Shown: in pieces, positions 62,240 through 64,000 of the stretch
How positions within the stretch are numbered: the first letter of the stretch is position 1
Layout: each line of letters begins with the position of its first letter
Source: Veleropilina oligotropha
Taxonomy: Eukaryota
Assembly: GCA_048128005.1 (NCBI GenBank)
Contig: JBEUKZ010000131.1
Span: forward strand, 248,001 to 312,000
Direction of reading: 5' to 3'
DNA: 64,000 nucleotides
Notes under the pieces: generated by a model
What the model saw: the letters and a program-made list of their open reading frames with translations, nothing else
The model's database searches: none
What the model was told of the DNA's origin: nothing
Translations under genes and position numbers: made by a program

Positions 62240-64000
62240 AGCGTTTCACTTTCATTTAAACTTACACGCTTACCCCCCCTGCTCACCTCTCTCGCGTTCC
62301 TCCCACGAGATCTGCCCAAGTCTCGCGAGACCTCAGAGACCAAGACAGATCTGGTATCCTTTTTAAGTCTTCCGTCAGTCTGTCCGGACGTGCTTCAGTC
62401 TTGTCAAAACATAGACTATAAGAAGTTACTTTTAAACAAGTTTCTTTCGCACAATATTGTGCCGTTCATATTCATATATGAGCTGAAGAAGTATTTTAAC
62501 TGTGTTCGGAGTATTAGGCCGAGTTAGCAAATTTTAAAAGTTGTGAGATTCTGGCCACGAGGTTTTCGGCCCGCCATCTTGGATTTACTGAAGTAAAGAT
62601 CTAAAGAGGGCCGCTCAGGAGGGAACGTTCTTCAAGCAGGGAAGCATTCGCATAGGCGAATCCTTTCAAAGGAAGAAGGGTTTATTTTCTAATATTGCTT
62701 GAAATTACTTGTATTTCATATATATATTAGATAATTCCTTAGCGGCGTATCTTGCTTAAATTCTTAGTAACTTTGTTCAATCGAGTTTAGCATCGCTAAC
62801 AAGGCAGATATTTAGGTATTAACGTGCGTTCTTTAGCCTATCTGCCGAATCTGGGATATTTCGCCAACGCTCTAACCTATTGAAATCAACATCCACGAGG
62901 TTTTCAGGTGTTTAAAGGCGGCTGTTTCTATATATAGCCTCCTACTATCTATATATATCCGCCTGAATTCAATTTGTTAGTGTCCGACAAGCCGTTTAAT
63001 AAAGCTTGTACGTCGGGCTTGGTTTATATTCTAGTCGGGTTACTTGTCTGTTCTTCGGTTGTGTAAAAACAATCCGAAGTGTGATTCATAACAATTTAGG
63101 GTCAATATCCGGTCTTTTCCTATATACTCGGATTAGAGACCCCTATATAAGGCGTAGTAGTTTAACACGTAGCGTACTACCCGGATATCCCTAAATTTCC
63201 CGGTTTCCCACTACCTTTCCTACCCGTGTAACAGCTATGGTCCGTTGCAGTGAGCCTGAGTGTAACCAAAAGATACACAGCTTCGACAAGCATTCGGTAT
63301 GTCGCATTCACCGTAGTTGTGCTAAGAGATACCCCTGTGCTAAATGTCTACTTTTAACGGATCGGCAGTGGGCACTTATCTACCCACCAGCGACGATGGC
63401 TACCAGGGAGTCCGTCTCTGTTGGGCTTCCCCCGGAGAAACAGACGACGGGTAAGTCAGGGCGAAGTCAGGACGAAACCGCTACGGTTTTGGGGAAAACC
63501 GTGGAAACCTCGCCGGCGTCCCAGGTTCAAGACCAGGTAAGAGGAGCCCGAGTGCAGTCCGTTTCTCCTCGTACCACGGGCCTAGTAGCTGCGTCCAATA
63601 GTGCCATGCCGGCTAGCATGGTACACCGGACCTTACAGCGAACAGCTGAGCAGGGCAGGCGGTCCCCTTCCTCTCTTCCGGCCTCGGAAGAGCAGGGGAC
63701 GGCTAGTCCTTCTGTCACAAGCGGTATGCCGAGCGGCATACTGCTGACGGCAGAGCAAGTTGGAATAGTTGCCGGACACCACCAAGGTGGTTTAAGATCC
63801 GGACCACCAACGACACCCGACTCACTGGCCGATGGTGCGACCGACCCTCCCCAGGGTTCGTCCTTACACCTCGGAGCTCCCAGTCTTGTCGGAGGGCCCG
63901 CCGACTCCCCTGACCCCTTTGGGCTCAGACTAGTTGGCGCGGACGGACCGGCTGCGTTCGGGATGGGTATGTACGCGGGAGCTTCCCCCGTCTACCCCCT
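62240..64000 (+). mobile_element. 5' part of probable DIRS-like retrotransposon (left boundary approximate)
   Basis: Composition shift, about 1-kb leader with promoter-like motifs, then a GC-rich ORF starting with a Cys/His finger. Confidence 0.55.
63237..64000 (+). CDS. Gag-like ORF1 of putative DIRS element (open to window end, >=254 aa)
   Basis: MVRCSEPECNQKIHSFDKHSVCRIHRSCAKRYPCAKCLLLTDRQW then an S/P/G/A/T-rich disordered tract. No stop codon before 64000, which is probably why it is absent from the ORF track. Confidence 0.6.
   Translation, partial: MVRCSEPECNQKIHSFDKHSVCRIHRSCAKRYPCAKCLLLTDRQWALIYPPATMATRESVSVGLPPEKQTTGKSGRSQDETATVLGKTVETSPASQVQDQVRGARVQSVSPRTTGLVAASNSAMPASMVHRTLQRTAEQGRRSPSSLPASEEQGTASPSVTSGMPSGILLTAEQVGIVAGHHQGGLRSGPPTTPDSLADGATDPPQGSSLHLGAPSLVGGPADSPDPFGLRLVGADGPAAFGMGMYAGASPVYP

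Overview
AT-rich metazoan (invertebrate) genomic DNA. The window lies inside one giant + strand gene encoding a titin/connectin-like sarcomeric protein; its start and end are outside the window. I hand-spliced 41 GT-AG exons (about 20.6 kb, about 6,870 codons) into one uninterrupted reading frame. It holds two giant acidic repeat exons (>=7.97 kb and about 4.3 kb), 24 I-set Ig domains, three DFRxxL motifs each on its own mini-exon, an IQ motif split by an intron, a KKKRVSF (RVxF) motif, an Ig plus linker resembling the vertebrate titin N2A element, and a run of 267-nt Ig modules. Introns are packed with often nested mobile DNA: Helitron/Helentron-like elements with internal satellites, TIR MITEs, a hAT-like element with an 8-bp TSD, tRNA-derived SINEs, a truncated LINE, a Penelope-type minimal hammerhead ribozyme, and at the right edge the 5' part of a probable DIRS-like retrotransposon. 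Most listed minus-strand ORFs are shadows of the acidic exons or of repeats. Everything was read by eye; no searches were run, and family comparisons are from memory.
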